Shown here in pieces: positions 18,408-28,024 of a DNA stretch of 43,706 nt. Position numbers and translations under genes: made by a program. The notes beneath the pieces are model-generated. The model saw only the letters and a list, made by a program, of their open reading frames with translations, had not been told where the DNA came from and searched no databases. Within the stretch, counting starts at the first letter, position 1, and each line of letters opens with the position of its first letter. Source of the stretch: a virus (lineage: Duplodnaviria; Caudoviricetes); the IMG/VR virus record IMGVR_UViG_3300049889_000047, positions 1 through 43,706 of that record. The stretch is one strand, 5' to 3'.

Positions 18408-19166
18408 TTATCCTACGGCACTGTGAATGGCAATAGGGTTGGTTAAGCAACCCGCTGGAGAGCCCAAACCCTGCCGCCAGGGTGCGGGTCCTGGGTAGCC
18501 AGTATTATTGAGCTGTACCTCAGATAACATGTATCCGGGCTGCGCACCTGATACAAGATCAAATCCGTAAGCAAATTTATTGCATGCATTATAAACACCT
18601 GTAGACTGCGTAATGGTGTCAGTTGTTGTCACACCATCTAAATTAGCGCCCGAATACATATTGAGTGTAGCAATATCAGTTGTCGTATTAACACCCAACT
18701 CAAAGCGAACCCACGTTTGGGCGGATGGCGTTACTGAACCGACCGTAAGTATTGAAGCTGAGTCTTGAAGCACCATCACATGTGGAGTCGAAATAGTGCG
18801 GATATATGCGTATATTTCGCGAGTACTACTACTATACGCAGTGAACAGCGGTAGATTAACCGTATTAGCACTAACATTCGCGATAAAGATGTAAAACCGG
18901 GTCCAAAATGTTGTTTGTGAGCCCATAGATGTTGACCATGCCACAGCTGCTGTAGAGCTGGCATTTGACACGCCAAGACCAAGAAGAAACTGCGTCTGCG
19001 GACGCAGTGTTCCCACATCATCTGCTGTTTGGAATAATGCGTAAGACATGACTCCGCCAGATAAGTTCACCACATCAAATGCATTGTCGCCAAACTGATT
19101 GGAGTTGGATGTGCTAATCGTAGTGCTATCTGGACCACCATTGAAATTGTTGTTGAGCGCTGTCAT
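18408..19166 (-). CDS. Putative minor virion protein (beta-sandwich-like)
   Basis: Position in the operon; beta-rich; WVRFE motif. Confidence 0.55.
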   Translation of the reverse strand: MTALNNNFNGGPDSTTISTSNSNQFGDNAFDVVNLSGGVMSYALFQTADDVGTLRPQTQFLLGLGVSNASSTAAVAWSTSMGSQTTFWTRFYIFIANVSANTVNLPLFTAYSSSTREIYAYIRTISTPHVMVLQDSASILTVGSVTPSAQTWVRFELGVNTTTDIATLNMYSGANLDGVTTTDTITQSTGVYNACNKFAYGFDLVSGAQPGYMLSEVQLNNTGYPGPAPWRQGLGSPAGCLTNPIAIHSAVG

Positions 19167-19615
19167 TACTGCTCGATATATAGGTTGATACGAACTGGGC
19201 TAGCTAGAGTTGACGTAGCCCGTAACGCACGCAATGTTGATACTGGCTGATACATCTCCCGACCGTAAGGATAGAGAATCGAGTACATGCCTGGCAATGG
19301 GATCACATAAGTAGGTAATGCTCCAACTGCAAAACTGGTAGGCTCTACCGTATCAATGATCTTTACAGTTCCTAGGGTGGCCGCAACGCTTTGATCAACA
19401 CCGATTTTCTGCGGAGTAGCTGTAGTGCCAGTACCAGTGACTGTGTACGTACCCCATTCGATCGTCAATGTTCCCGCAGCAGCAGCCGAACTCATAATCT
19501 CCATACCGATCACTAAGAATGGCAATGTCGAACCGGTCGGAATCTCGATACAGGTTTTAGCGGTAGCCGCTACCAAGGTAACCGATCCGGTAGCTATGAC
19601 ATACTGCGTAGCCAT
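19166..19615 (-). CDS. Putative minor virion protein
   Basis: Translationally coupled within the structural operon. Confidence 0.6.
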   Translation of the reverse strand: MATQYVIATGSVTLVAATAKTCIEIPTGSTLPFLVIGMEIMSSAAAAGTLTIEWGTYTVTGTGTTATPQKIGVDQSVAATLGTVKIIDTVEPTSFAVGALPTYVIPLPGMYSILYPYGREMYQPVSTLRALRATSTLASPVRINLYIEQ

Positions 19616-19833
19616 TACTCAGGCACCCCACACGCATGGATGACCGGACCGTCGTGACCTCGCTGAATACGCAGACCAATCACCATGCCGTCTTTGACTG
19701 TTTCATGGATATGAACACCGTCAGGTACCGGCTCAAACTCGCACCCTGAGCAACGGTAATGCGCGCCGGCATGTTGCACGAGCGGCGTATCTGTCGGTTT
19801 GATCGGGACAGGAAACGGCGTGAACTTAGTCAT
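19615..19833 (-). CDS. Small hypothetical protein
   Basis: Overlap coupling on both sides; CxxC. Confidence 0.5.
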   Translation of the reverse strand: MTKFTPFPVPIKPTDTPLVQHAGAHYRCSGCEFEPVPDGVHIHETVKDGMVIGLRIQRGHDGPVIHACGVPE

Positions 19834-20369
19834 CACTCTCCCGTCGCGATGCCGGCCATAGCGTTCCATGAGTTATTAACTACGTTGAATAAGTTGGTAT
19901 CAGTCTCCATTTTCTGTACCGTGCCGGTCGCACCACCTACGCCATTACCAGGCTGTGGGATTGAGAACGTCGTAGTGCTCAACACCGTCACTATCCAGGT
20001 CCCATTAGCGCTGGTGTTGACTAGGTGATTCAATATTTCGACCACATCACCACTGGTGTAACCATGCGTCGGTGTCGTGATTACCGAAGGGCTGGCTGCG
20101 GTTGATGACGTGATGAGAATTGGGTTGAACCAAGTCAATGCTGATGCCGGATCAGAAGATACTAGCGCGGTGAATCGCGGTAATTGTGAGTCAGGACTAG
20201 TAAGGATAAGATTCGCTAACCCTCTGCGTTTAGCCCATACCGTAGAAGTCTGCGCGGCTTGAGATTCGAGTTCGATAGTGACTGCTACCCGAACCATCAC
20301 TGATCGGACACGGCTATTAAATGACGCGTCAGCGACAAGCTGAGCACCTTGGCCTAATGTCAGTGCCAT
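19833..20369 (-). CDS. Virion protein with an FCCH-like beta module
   Basis: ITSST.ASPSVITT..HGYTSGDVVEI...ANGTWIVTVLSTTTFSI. Confidence 0.6.
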   Translation of the reverse strand: MALTLGQGAQLVADASFNSRVRSVMVRVAVTIELESQAAQTSTVWAKRRGLANLILTSPDSQLPRFTALVSSDPASALTWFNPILITSSTAASPSVITTPTHGYTSGDVVEILNHLVNTSANGTWIVTVLSTTTFSIPQPGNGVGGATGTVQKMETDTNLFNVVNNSWNAMAGIATGE

Positions 20370-20394
20370 AAATCCCTCCCTGTATCATGTAGTT

Positions 20395-20667
20395 ATGATG
20401 ACAACTATTGGCATAGCAACACTTCAGGAAGGTGTTCCGACAGACATCCCAGGTACAGCAATGCGCGCAACCTTAAGTAAATCAACAATACTACTAGAGA
20501 AAATCATTGCGGATAGATTGATAAAACAATTGATAATACCGTCGCCCGGCATGTATTGCACAAATACACTCGCGTGGCCATGGATTCCTTATTGGGGCTT
20601 AGATGTAATAAGCACACGCACAAACGACGGAATGACAACTATCCGTATTGAAGAAACGTCAGAATGA
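20395..20667 (+). CDS. Antisense-inserted AT-rich hypothetical gene, leaderless
   Basis: TATCAT 6 nt before the ATG; its stop abuts the - strand stop at 20668. Confidence 0.6.
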   Translation: MMTTIGIATLQEGVPTDIPGTAMRATLSKSTILLEKIIADRLIKQLIIPSPGMYCTNTLAWPWIPYWGLDVISTRTNDGMTTIRIEETSE

Positions 20668-21054
20668 TCATGCAGCCAGGGGGGCGTAGCTGAGGGTAAT
20701 AGTTGTGAAGTTTAAAGTAGAGCCGTTGATGACTGCTTGCGGAGTGGTGAGTGCTGCACTTTGTAGAAAGTTACCTGCTGTGCTGGCATCCCAGAAACTA
20801 ACATATGAAATAGTTTCAGTAGCAGTCATGGAGTAGCCCGAAATCGAAGATAGCGGCATAGACCCAGTTGCTATCGTGCCCCAAGTAATCGGGTTTCTTG
20901 TGGTAACAGCACTAGCGTTAGCCGTACCTGCCGCACCAGGGTCTCCAGCATTGGTGTGAAGCTTCATATAAACAGTAGTAATAGCAGTCCACGTCGTAGC
21001 TTTATAGACACCGAGTATCGATGCTGCTGTTGCCGCAGCTAGTCCTGTTGCCAT
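20668..21054 (-). CDS. Small tail/fibre-associated protein
   Basis: YMKLHT..DPG.AGTAN...ET.SYVSFWDA.TAGNFL pattern common in actinophage tail genes. Confidence 0.7.
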   Translation of the reverse strand: MATGLAAATAASILGVYKATTWTAITTVYMKLHTNAGDPGAAGTANASAVTTRNPITWGTIATGSMPLSSISGYSMTATETISYVSFWDASTAGNFLQSAALTTPQAVINGSTLNFTTITLSYAPLAA

Positions 21055-21187
21055 TAGTCAACATCCTTTGGTGGGATCGGTAAACCGTTATCATCGAACG
21101 TCGTACCAGGAGGATGCGTGACAGTCGCAACAACTTCTATCTGCAACTCAGACTCGAACATCGCTGGCTCTTCAGGCATGCCGCTCC

Positions 21188-21607
21188 CTAGTCATTATCA
21201 GCATCGAAAGATACCTCGAAGATCTCATCTACTATCCGAGCGACATATCCCGTTACAGGGTCGATCAGCTCAGCTTGTATAAGTACCAGCGGGCATCGCC
21301 AGGTCTCTGTCTGGGTCGGCGTGATATGCAACTGCACCTGATCGATCGGCTGAGACGTCATAATAGCGTTAGCGCCAGCTGTCGCCACTCCATCAGTACC
21401 GGTCGGCGTGGTGTTCCAGGTAGCCACGATAGGATCGAGCATCCGGTAGTGGTAGATTCGGCGACCGAGTACCCGACGCTGATATCGTGCTCGCGCTACG
21501 CCGGTCACCTTGTAGCCGGTGACATTCATCTGCAAGCCGGTGCGCACGTCAATCAGGTTGCTAGCAATTATCCAGCAGTCCGTACCTTGTCTGATGATGT
21601 CACTCAT
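21188..21607 (-). CDS. Putative tail/baseplate-associated protein
   Basis: IRQGT...LHITPTQT pattern; synteny. Confidence 0.55.
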   Translation of the reverse strand: MSDIIRQGTDCWIIASNLIDVRTGLQMNVTGYKVTGVARARYQRRVLGRRIYHYRMLDPIVATWNTTPTGTDGVATAGANAIMTSQPIDQVQLHITPTQTETWRCPLVLIQAELIDPVTGYVARIVDEIFEVSFDADND

Positions 21608-22116
21608 CAGAAATCTCCAATTATGGTGGATCCACCAAGATTTGTGACGATTAAAGAAGTCGGTACAATCGCATTAGCATTACCCGTGCCAGCGATACGA
21701 ACGATAGAGCCAGCGAAATAATCTAATTCTGCAGCAGTTGTTTTATATAGTAAAGAAACATGCCCATGATTAGGTTGCGGAGAAACATAGACACCGAATG
21801 CCGCTGCTTCACCGACGATTGTGCCGCTTACACTCGTCAGCCTCACTCGCATAGTAATATCGGTAGCAGCTATTGTGACAGTAAAAGCGCAGTAAAAATC
21901 AATAAGGAAAACGCTGTTAGCCGCAAGTGAAAGAGTCTGAGTATCAACCACGATGCTTTCTATTGTGTTAACAGCAGAACTAATGCCAGTACGCCTCTTG
22001 CCACCAAGGATACCGAGAGCATCAACACCATTAGCAAGATTCTGTATTGCTAATGGACCATTCGGAGCGTCTGATAATGCTGGATAGGGCAGTGCAAATT
22101 TAGACGTATTCGGCAT
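21607..22116 (-). CDS. Minor tail protein
   Basis: N-terminal LPYPALSDAPNGPLAIQNLA motif. Confidence 0.7.
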   Translation of the reverse strand: MPNTSKFALPYPALSDAPNGPLAIQNLANGVDALGILGGKRRTGISSAVNTIESIVVDTQTLSLAANSVFLIDFYCAFTVTIAATDITMRVRLTSVSGTIVGEAAAFGVYVSPQPNHGHVSLLYKTTAAELDYFAGSIVRIAGTGNANAIVPTSLIVTNLGGSTIIGDF

Positions 22117-22131
22117 CTGCCCCTCTTAAAG

Positions 22132-23379
22132 TTAGACAGCGTAGGTTAATTGCAAATATGGACGGTATGCTGCACTGAATCCATAACCACGGAAGCCGGA
22201 AGCTGAGTCACTGAAGTTATACGAGCCACCCAGCACTGAATTAGCGTTACTATTGATGATGTTCGCCATCTGCGAAGAGATGTCAAAACCGTTCCAACTG
22301 TTGACCTGCCACAGGTTCTTGATGTCGTCGCCACCGAAGCCGTTGTTAGGAAACGTACCGGCGATCGTTGCGGTTGTGCTCCACTTGTACGTGAGGTCAG
22401 CCGGGATGCTGCTACCCGCGAAACAGTACAAGAACATCTGCGCGCTGAGCACAGTGGCACCAGCCAGATCAGATCGCATAGTGGTCGCGTCGAACGTCCA
22501 CATATGTGCTTCGTTGCCGTTGCTGCGTCCCGACAGCGACCAGGTATAGAGGTTGTTATCACCATCAGGTGTGCTGATCGGTGAGCCCGAGCTGTTGTAG
22601 GAGCGGGAGCCAGTAGCTGGATAGACCTTGACAAACGTCTGCTCACCCGATGCCGGCCCTAATTCAGCTATCCGCATCCACGAGCCGGCTTGTAGTACTG
22701 CGGGAGTGGCATTAGAAGTGTTCTGACCGAAGCGATACTGCAGTAACCCACCTGTGTCTGATGTAGCAAACCAGGCTTTCGGATGCTGCACCGCGGAGGT
22801 AGTCCAGCCGAATGTCTCCTGCGAGGACGCATCGCCGTATGCAGTCATCGTGTCGAACAGCAGGTGCGTGAAGCTGGTATCTTGCGTACCCCAGTTGGAC
22901 CATTTACAAGTCATATTCGGCGGTCCGGTCCAGGCGAACTTGATGTCGGACGCGCTCGTCGCGGCATAGAATATGCAGCCATCGACAGCGTACTGAGTGT
23001 TCTCATCAAGCAGGAAGTTCAGTGTGCCAGCGTCCTGCATAGCCGTACTCGATGCCGGCGTGCTGACATCACTGCGCAGCGATCGATACCGAATAGGGTC
23101 AATGAAGGTAATGTTTCTGGAGTTGCCGATATTGCCCATAATGATGTAGCCACCAGCAGCTTTGAGCAGCAACACCGTCCCCAGCGTAAGACCGTTCGGC
23201 GCGCACACCGACAGATTCCGGTAGGTGACCGGACCTACTGTAACCGTGTTGGACAACGACGTCGCATCCCACTGCGTCAGCAGCCCGCCAGCAACACTCT
23301 GGGCCAACGTCGGGTCAGGCGGTACTGAGCTGGGAGTGATGAACAGCCGAGTTAAGCCGAACGCATCGGGAACAGTCAC
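22132..23379 (-). CDS. Minor tail protein
   Basis: Synteny; C-terminal RPYLQLTY. Confidence 0.7.
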   Translation of the reverse strand: MTVPDAFGLTRLFITPSSVPPDPTLAQSVAGGLLTQWDATSLSNTVTVGPVTYRNLSVCAPNGLTLGTVLLLKAAGGYIIMGNIGNSRNITFIDPIRYRSLRSDVSTPASSTAMQDAGTLNFLLDENTQYAVDGCIFYAATSASDIKFAWTGPPNMTCKWSNWGTQDTSFTHLLFDTMTAYGDASSQETFGWTTSAVQHPKAWFATSDTGGLLQYRFGQNTSNATPAVLQAGSWMRIAELGPASGEQTFVKVYPATGSRSYNSSGSPISTPDGDNNLYTWSLSGRSNGNEAHMWTFDATTMRSDLAGATVLSAQMFLYCFAGSSIPADLTYKWSTTATIAGTFPNNGFGGDDIKNLWQVNSWNGFDISSQMANIINSNANSVLGGSYNFSDSASGFRGYGFSAAYRPYLQLTYAV

Positions 23380-23741
23380 TGGTCGATAACCACCGCGACA
23401 GCCAGCACCCGATAAGTCAGCGAACCAGTGCCAGTCACTATCGAAGTCATCCGAGATAGCTCAGTGACCGGCAGAGGTGCGTTAGCCACTGTGCTGCCGA
23501 CTGCTGACATCGGTGCAATATGACTGCCCAGCACTAGAGTCCAGACCACGCCGTCTGGTGAGGTCTCCATCGACACGTCTAGCGTAGCGCTGCCGGTGAC
23601 CGCGGTGACGCACACCCACAGTTCGATGTCAGCAATCGGCAGCTCCACGAAGCTGGCTGAGGTGTAGGTGCCGGCAGACCGCGGCGCCAGCGGCAGCAAC
23701 AGCGTGTCGAGCGGGACGTTGATGCCAGGTGGCAGCGGCAC
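23376..23741 (-). CDS. Small beta-sandwich virion protein (paralog of 34138-34500)
   Basis: AGTYTS...TLDV..ETSPDG..W. Confidence 0.65.
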   Translation of the reverse strand: MPLPPGINVPLDTLLLPLAPRSAGTYTSASFVELPIADIELWVCVTAVTGSATLDVSMETSPDGVVWTLVLGSHIAPMSAVGSTVANAPLPVTELSRMTSIVTGTGSLTYRVLAVAVVIDQ

Positions 23742-23751
23742 GCAAGCTCCC

Positions 23752-23791
23752 TTGCTCTGAGAGTACAGTCTGTGGTAGTATCTGAACTATG
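23752..23791 (+). promoter_or_regulatory. Conserved leaderless promoter element
   Basis: ctccc-TTGCTC-tgagagtacagtctgtgg(18)-TAGTAT-7 nt-ATG. Confidence 0.85.
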
Positions 23792-23932
23792 GAGCGAAGC
23801 AAACAACAACCTATCTACCGTGAAACTTACTCGTGGTGCCAGATGTGTGGTAAAGAAACTATCTGTAATAGATACTGTTTAGACCATCAACCAGCTACAG
23901 AATCCCTAGCCCGAGTGACAGACCTTCAGTAG
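23789..23932 (+). CDS. 47-aa antisense Cys-rich mini-protein (not in ORF track)
   Basis: MERSKQQPIYRETYSWCQMCGKETICNRYCLDH..., directly after the promoter. Confidence 0.65.
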   Translation: MERSKQQPIYRETYSWCQMCGKETICNRYCLDHQPATESLARVTDLQ

Positions 23933-25094
23933 CAGTCGGGATGCGCGTTGTGATCGTACCGAGCTGGTTAGCCACCAGTGGGATCATAATGGTGTCCAGC
24001 ATACAGCGCTGCAACGGGAAGCCAGGGCGCACGCTGACATCGAGTGGATCGTTGCATTCTAGCGCCGGGTTACAGATGGTCGAAATCGTGAACGTCTCTG
24101 GCAACGCAATGTATCGCCGTAGCAACACCTCACCGGCCAACTCGACATCAGCGTCTACCTGCAGCAATGGCGAACTGTAATAGGTCGGTGATGGTCCGAA
24201 CTGCGGGAATGTCGTCTTATTCCACGCCAACGGTGAGTTGGAGTCGGCATTAAAAGTAACGATGAAATCTGTGATGCTGGACGGATCAGACCCGTACGCC
24301 GTTACTATGTTGTGCACGTCAGTGCGCTTAACGACTCGCTTAACAGTGGAGATAGCACCACCAGTGCCACCCTGTAATGTAGCAACCGGATGGCTGAAGT
24401 CAAACTTCAGCGAGTAGACAATCATCTCACCAGCATTGTTGAACCGAATACCCGCGTAGTAAAACTTGATGAGCTGTGCCAAATAAGCGTATGAGTCATC
24501 TTCGACTATCTGATCACCAATGATAGTAATAGCGTCAGGATCATAACCAGACCAATAGATGGGCACCCGAGCATTGAGATACATCCCATAGCCATCGGGT
24601 GACAATCCCGGATAAGTGGCTTGCTGCGGTATGGCTATTCCATTGACGAGTCGTTGAAAGACGTTGCGGTGCGAGTCACCATTGTTAAGGGGGAGCGGAA
24701 AAACTAAACGATTTTGCTGGAGCTGACTTATTCTGTCTAAACAAGTAAGCACAATCGGCCCATAAGGTGCATCATCTTGACTCGCCTGCTCAATTCGGTG
24801 ATAGCCTAAGGGCACAAGCTCTTTATCACCATTAGCAAACTCAATACCCCGAGAGATGTAAATCTCTTGACCAAAAGGCTGTACTTGATCCCAATACTGG
24901 CCTGGAATCGTAATTGTTAGGGTGCTTTTGATATCGCTCAAGCTCTGGATTGTTACGTTACCTGAGATCACCGGTACCTCTGTACCAGTCGGGTCTGTCC
25001 CAAACTGCGGCACCGGATTACATAATACGGCCTTAACGGCGATCTTATGTGGCCCTTGTAGAGCACTCAGGAATCGAGAACTAACTGAGTGCAC
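23895..25094 (-). CDS. Minor tail (baseplate hub-like) protein
   Basis: VSSRFL.AL.G.H, PFGQE.YI.RG, VPLG, NPALE..D motifs. Confidence 0.75.
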   Translation of the reverse strand: MHSVSSRFLSALQGPHKIAVKAVLCNPVPQFGTDPTGTEVPVISGNVTIQSLSDIKSTLTITIPGQYWDQVQPFGQEIYISRGIEFANGDKELVPLGYHRIEQASQDDAPYGPIVLTCLDRISQLQQNRLVFPLPLNNGDSHRNVFQRLVNGIAIPQQATYPGLSPDGYGMYLNARVPIYWSGYDPDAITIIGDQIVEDDSYAYLAQLIKFYYAGIRFNNAGEMIVYSLKFDFSHPVATLQGGTGGAISTVKRVVKRTDVHNIVTAYGSDPSSITDFIVTFNADSNSPLAWNKTTFPQFGPSPTYYSSPLLQVDADVELAGEVLLRRYIALPETFTISTICNPALECNDPLDVSVRPGFPLQRCMLDTIMIPLVANQLGTITTRIPTATEGLSLGLGIL

Positions 25095-25098
25095 TCAC

Positions 25099-25566
25099 TT
25101 ACCTCCGATTAGTAGCTCTCCATTGCTGCTTATAGTGCGGCCTACATAAACCATTAGCACAGTATTTTCTCTCACAGCCACTTACTGAGCAGACTTTAGG
25201 GAGCTTCCTGTCATACACTCGGTGACACTTAGTGCAGAGAGGCATGTAGTGCTGTACTTTTAAGCTGTATTTTAACAACGGACCACCGCGTCGAGCTGGT
25301 CCGATTAGTTCCTCAGGATCTTTCCCATCATAAGCCCAGTTCTCTGCCTGACAACCGCAGTGCTGACAAAGATACTGCGCTATGTTTCCCTTAGCCGCTC
25401 TAACTCGAATATGCGCGCCATGGTATTGCACATCATCATACCTGTTATTATGCGTAATAAGCGGATCACCATAACGAATAAAACGTGCATAGTGTTTTAT
25501 ACAAAAACTAAGCGAATGATGAGCATCCTCGCAGCCATCGACAGAGCAAGTTCGGGTACCCTTCAC
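25099..25566 (-). CDS. HNH-like endonuclease with CSVDGC zinc fingers
   Basis: CSVDGC...C.KHY.R..RYGDP, AH.RV...G, Y.PLC..CH..YD. Confidence 0.75.
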   Translation of the reverse strand: MKGTRTCSVDGCEDAHHSLSFCIKHYARFIRYGDPLITHNNRYDDVQYHGAHIRVRAAKGNIAQYLCQHCGCQAENWAYDGKDPEELIGPARRGGPLLKYSLKVQHYMPLCTKCHRVYDRKLPKVCSVSGCERKYCANGLCRPHYKQQWRATNRR

Positions 25567-25662
25567 GGGTAGCCCCCTTCCGGTGAGGTCGGACAGGTGG
25601 GTCAGGGTCTGGCAGGAGTTGACCGCTCCTGCTAGTCCCGTACTACGTCAAACTCTACCGCA

Positions 25663-25863
25663 TCAGAGCCTCAACCATGATGGGTCAGGGTTGCTGCAAA
25701 CTGAGCCATCCTTGTGTTGTGGGTGCTGCCACTCAGTGCACTGCCGACAGCACATAGTTCTCGGAGGCTCGCACCGCAGACCATGCGTTGAGCAGCATAA
25801 GCCAGCGTAGTTACCTGCCGGTAGTGTCTGGCGTAACTTCTCACGTTGCCAGGAGTACATCAC
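25663..25863 (-). CDS. Small Cys-rich hypothetical protein
   Basis: Start overlaps the upstream stop. Confidence 0.5.
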   Translation of the reverse strand: MMYSWQREKLRQTLPAGNYAGLCCSTHGLRCEPPRTMCCRQCTEWQHPQHKDGSVCSNPDPSWLRL

Positions 25864-26204
25864 AAAGATTGCCTCACAATATAATCACGGTGTGCACGCT
25901 GTGCTTTCCTTAACTCAACATCTGGATGATTTTCGCCAACAATAGTATCTAAAATTGTCACAGCAGCAATAATAATGACAACAACACCAAGGCACCCAAC
26001 TGTGATTGATGCTGCAGCCCAACCTGCTGTGTCTACGTGATGTAAAGATCCTTCTGAACCTATATAAACTCCAAAAGCAATAAGAGCTAAGAAAAACGAC
26101 AGAAACACAGCAAACACACGCACCCAACGCTTATACGAACACACTGATATCCGCGCATCATCAAGTGCATCAAGTAAATGCTGTTCTTCCAGTGGGTCAG
26201 CCAT
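25860..26204 (-). CDS. Inserted AT-rich 2-TM membrane protein with its own leaderless promoter
   Basis: tgcga-TAGAAT-6 nt-ATG on the - strand; two TM helices. Confidence 0.65.
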   Translation of the reverse strand: MADPLEEQHLLDALDDARISVCSYKRWVRVFAVFLSFFLALIAFGVYIGSEGSLHHVDTAGWAAASITVGCLGVVVIIIAAVTILDTIVGENHPDVELRKAQRAHRDYIVRQSL

Positions 26205-26227
26205 GGGGATATTCTATCGCACTAGCG

Positions 26228-27646
26228 TTACGACACTCCTACCAGCGCGTCAGCAGGAGTACCTTGCAATGCGAGTACTGCAGACCAAGTGGCGTTCGCC
26301 GCAAGCTCAGCACTCCAATCAGTGTACTGAGTGATCAAAGTCGCCCATGTAACCGTAGCGCCTACGATTGCTAAGTCAGGCATACCGACCTCAGTCAGCG
26401 GCACAGTAATCGTATTTCGATGAGACAAGTGTGCTGGCTTGGCATAATTGTAGGTCCCGACTCCTGCATACATACTCTTCAGTGCTAGATTCACTGGAGT
26501 CTGCAGCAACAGAATGATACCTAACGACAGAACTAGATCTACCGCTGCTACCTCAATATCATCTTGTGTGAACAGCGAGATAGTGACTGTTCGCGGCGCG
26601 TGTGTGTCGGTTGATGCAATAGCGGTGCGCTTGCCGACGATCGGGAAGAATCCGAGTCGCGTAGTACGCTCCGTCTCCTCCCAGCCTATCAACATAACCG
26701 AACGGTTGAGATAGGGAGCGCTGGGAAACTTCAGCCACACTGCGGACATCGTCGGAGTGATCTGCGCGCTCGTACGGGTCACGTAGTCGGCGTTACGCAG
26801 TGCCACCGCAGCGCCATAAGAGATCGCAGCCGCTCCGCCAGTCACGACGAACGCTCCTGCAGCTACTGCAGCTGGTGTCGTCAACAGCTGGTAATCCCAG
26901 ACCAGGCCGGCATCCAGGCCAGCGGTGCTCACCGGTTCACCGATCTCCGTAGCGCCCGAGACAGTGGCTACGCCGGTCCAGTCGTCAGCCTTCCACCCGA
27001 GGTAGAGCACCGCGGTCCAGTTCGTCTCGACACCAGCCATCGGCGGATAAGTGATGTTCTGAGCGCTTGGGTTGAGCTGGTAGGCGATTGCGGCCGGCGT
27101 GCGCTCGCAGTTGCGAAAGCACGCCATCTGAGCGATCACGTCGCTGCCAGACGCTCCGGTGACACCGCCCGTGACACTGACAGTCGGGGTGCTCTCACTG
27201 CTCAGAGCCCGTTTGCCGAACAATCCGATGTTGTCGGTCTGCATCATGACAGTCCAGCCAGCAGGGCATACCACCGTGCCAGTGCCAGAGTTGCGGATGC
27301 TCGCCCAGATCACCAGCAGGTCACCTTCGGCATAGCCCACCGGCACAGTCGGGGACACCGCGGTACCACTGGCGCTGACCGCTGTGCTCGACGCTACGAA
27401 GGTTGGCAAGCCGGTGTCGACCGCGGACACCCGGTAGTAGTTGATCACACCAGGAGCGAACTCGTAGTCAACAAGGCTCGCTGCGGTGCTGACGATCGGT
27501 ACCGCGCTGCCGCCACGCACCTGCGACCAGTGGATCTGATCAACACTGACCTCGAACAGTGCTACGTCAGCTGTCGCAGCCAGCGAGGTCGCCGACAGCA
27601 GGATTCTCGCTGTGGTGTCGTCGTATGTAAGAGACAGTGAGGCCAA
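26228..27646 (-). CDS. Distal/minor tail protein
   Basis: First large gene after the tape measure; DYEFAPG, WLK.P..P.LN. Confidence 0.75.
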   Translation of the reverse strand: MASLSLTYDDTTARILLSATSLAATADVALFEVSVDQIHWSQVRGGSAVPIVSTAASLVDYEFAPGVINYYRVSAVDTGLPTFVASSTAVSASGTAVSPTVPVGYAEGDLLVIWASIRNSGTGTVVCPAGWTVMMQTDNIGLFGKRALSSESTPTVSVTGGVTGASGSDVIAQMACFRNCERTPAAIAYQLNPSAQNITYPPMAGVETNWTAVLYLGWKADDWTGVATVSGATEIGEPVSTAGLDAGLVWDYQLLTTPAAVAAGAFVVTGGAAAISYGAAVALRNADYVTRTSAQITPTMSAVWLKFPSAPYLNRSVMLIGWEETERTTRLGFFPIVGKRTAIASTDTHAPRTVTISLFTQDDIEVAAVDLVLSLGIILLLQTPVNLALKSMYAGVGTYNYAKPAHLSHRNTITVPLTEVGMPDLAIVGATVTWATLITQYTDWSAELAANATWSAVLALQGTPADALVGVS

Positions 27647-27691
27647 GGAAAAATACTCCAGTCCTCTAGTTCACCCGTGCGGAGTAACAGC

Positions 27692-27730
27692 TAGCTTCAC
27701 AGTGCAGTCTGTGGTAGTGTCTGGTCTATG
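27692..27730 (+). promoter_or_regulatory. Conserved leaderless promoter element
   Basis: TAGCTT-cacagtgcagtctgtgg(17)-TAGTGT-7 nt-ATG. Confidence 0.8.
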
Positions 27731-27928
27731 ATCGAACTTGAGATTCCTGAAGCTGCTTTCAACGCTGGTGCACAAGCTGAGAACTCCGATGATTCAATCA
27801 GTCTTGCTGCACCTTTGATTGTAGCTGCTGAGCTACGTCGCCTTATTGCTAAAGGAGAAACAAACGCAGGCTATCTACGCTTACGCGCTGATGAGCTAGA
27901 GCAAATCACCTCAAAGCAACACAGCTAG
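27728..27928 (+). CDS. Antisense-inserted small protein
   Basis: Directly after the promoter; VAAELRRL...LRADEL. Confidence 0.7.
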   Translation: MIELEIPEAAFNAGAQAENSDDSISLAAPLIVAAELRRLIAKGETNAGYLRLRADELEQITSKQHS

Positions 27929-28024
27929 CCGGATCATGCTCACGCTGGTCGACTGGCTGGTGTAGCTCGTGGCACACCGCACCACAGCAATGCTGATGCC
28001 GGCGAGCGCGGCGGTGTTGCGGCA

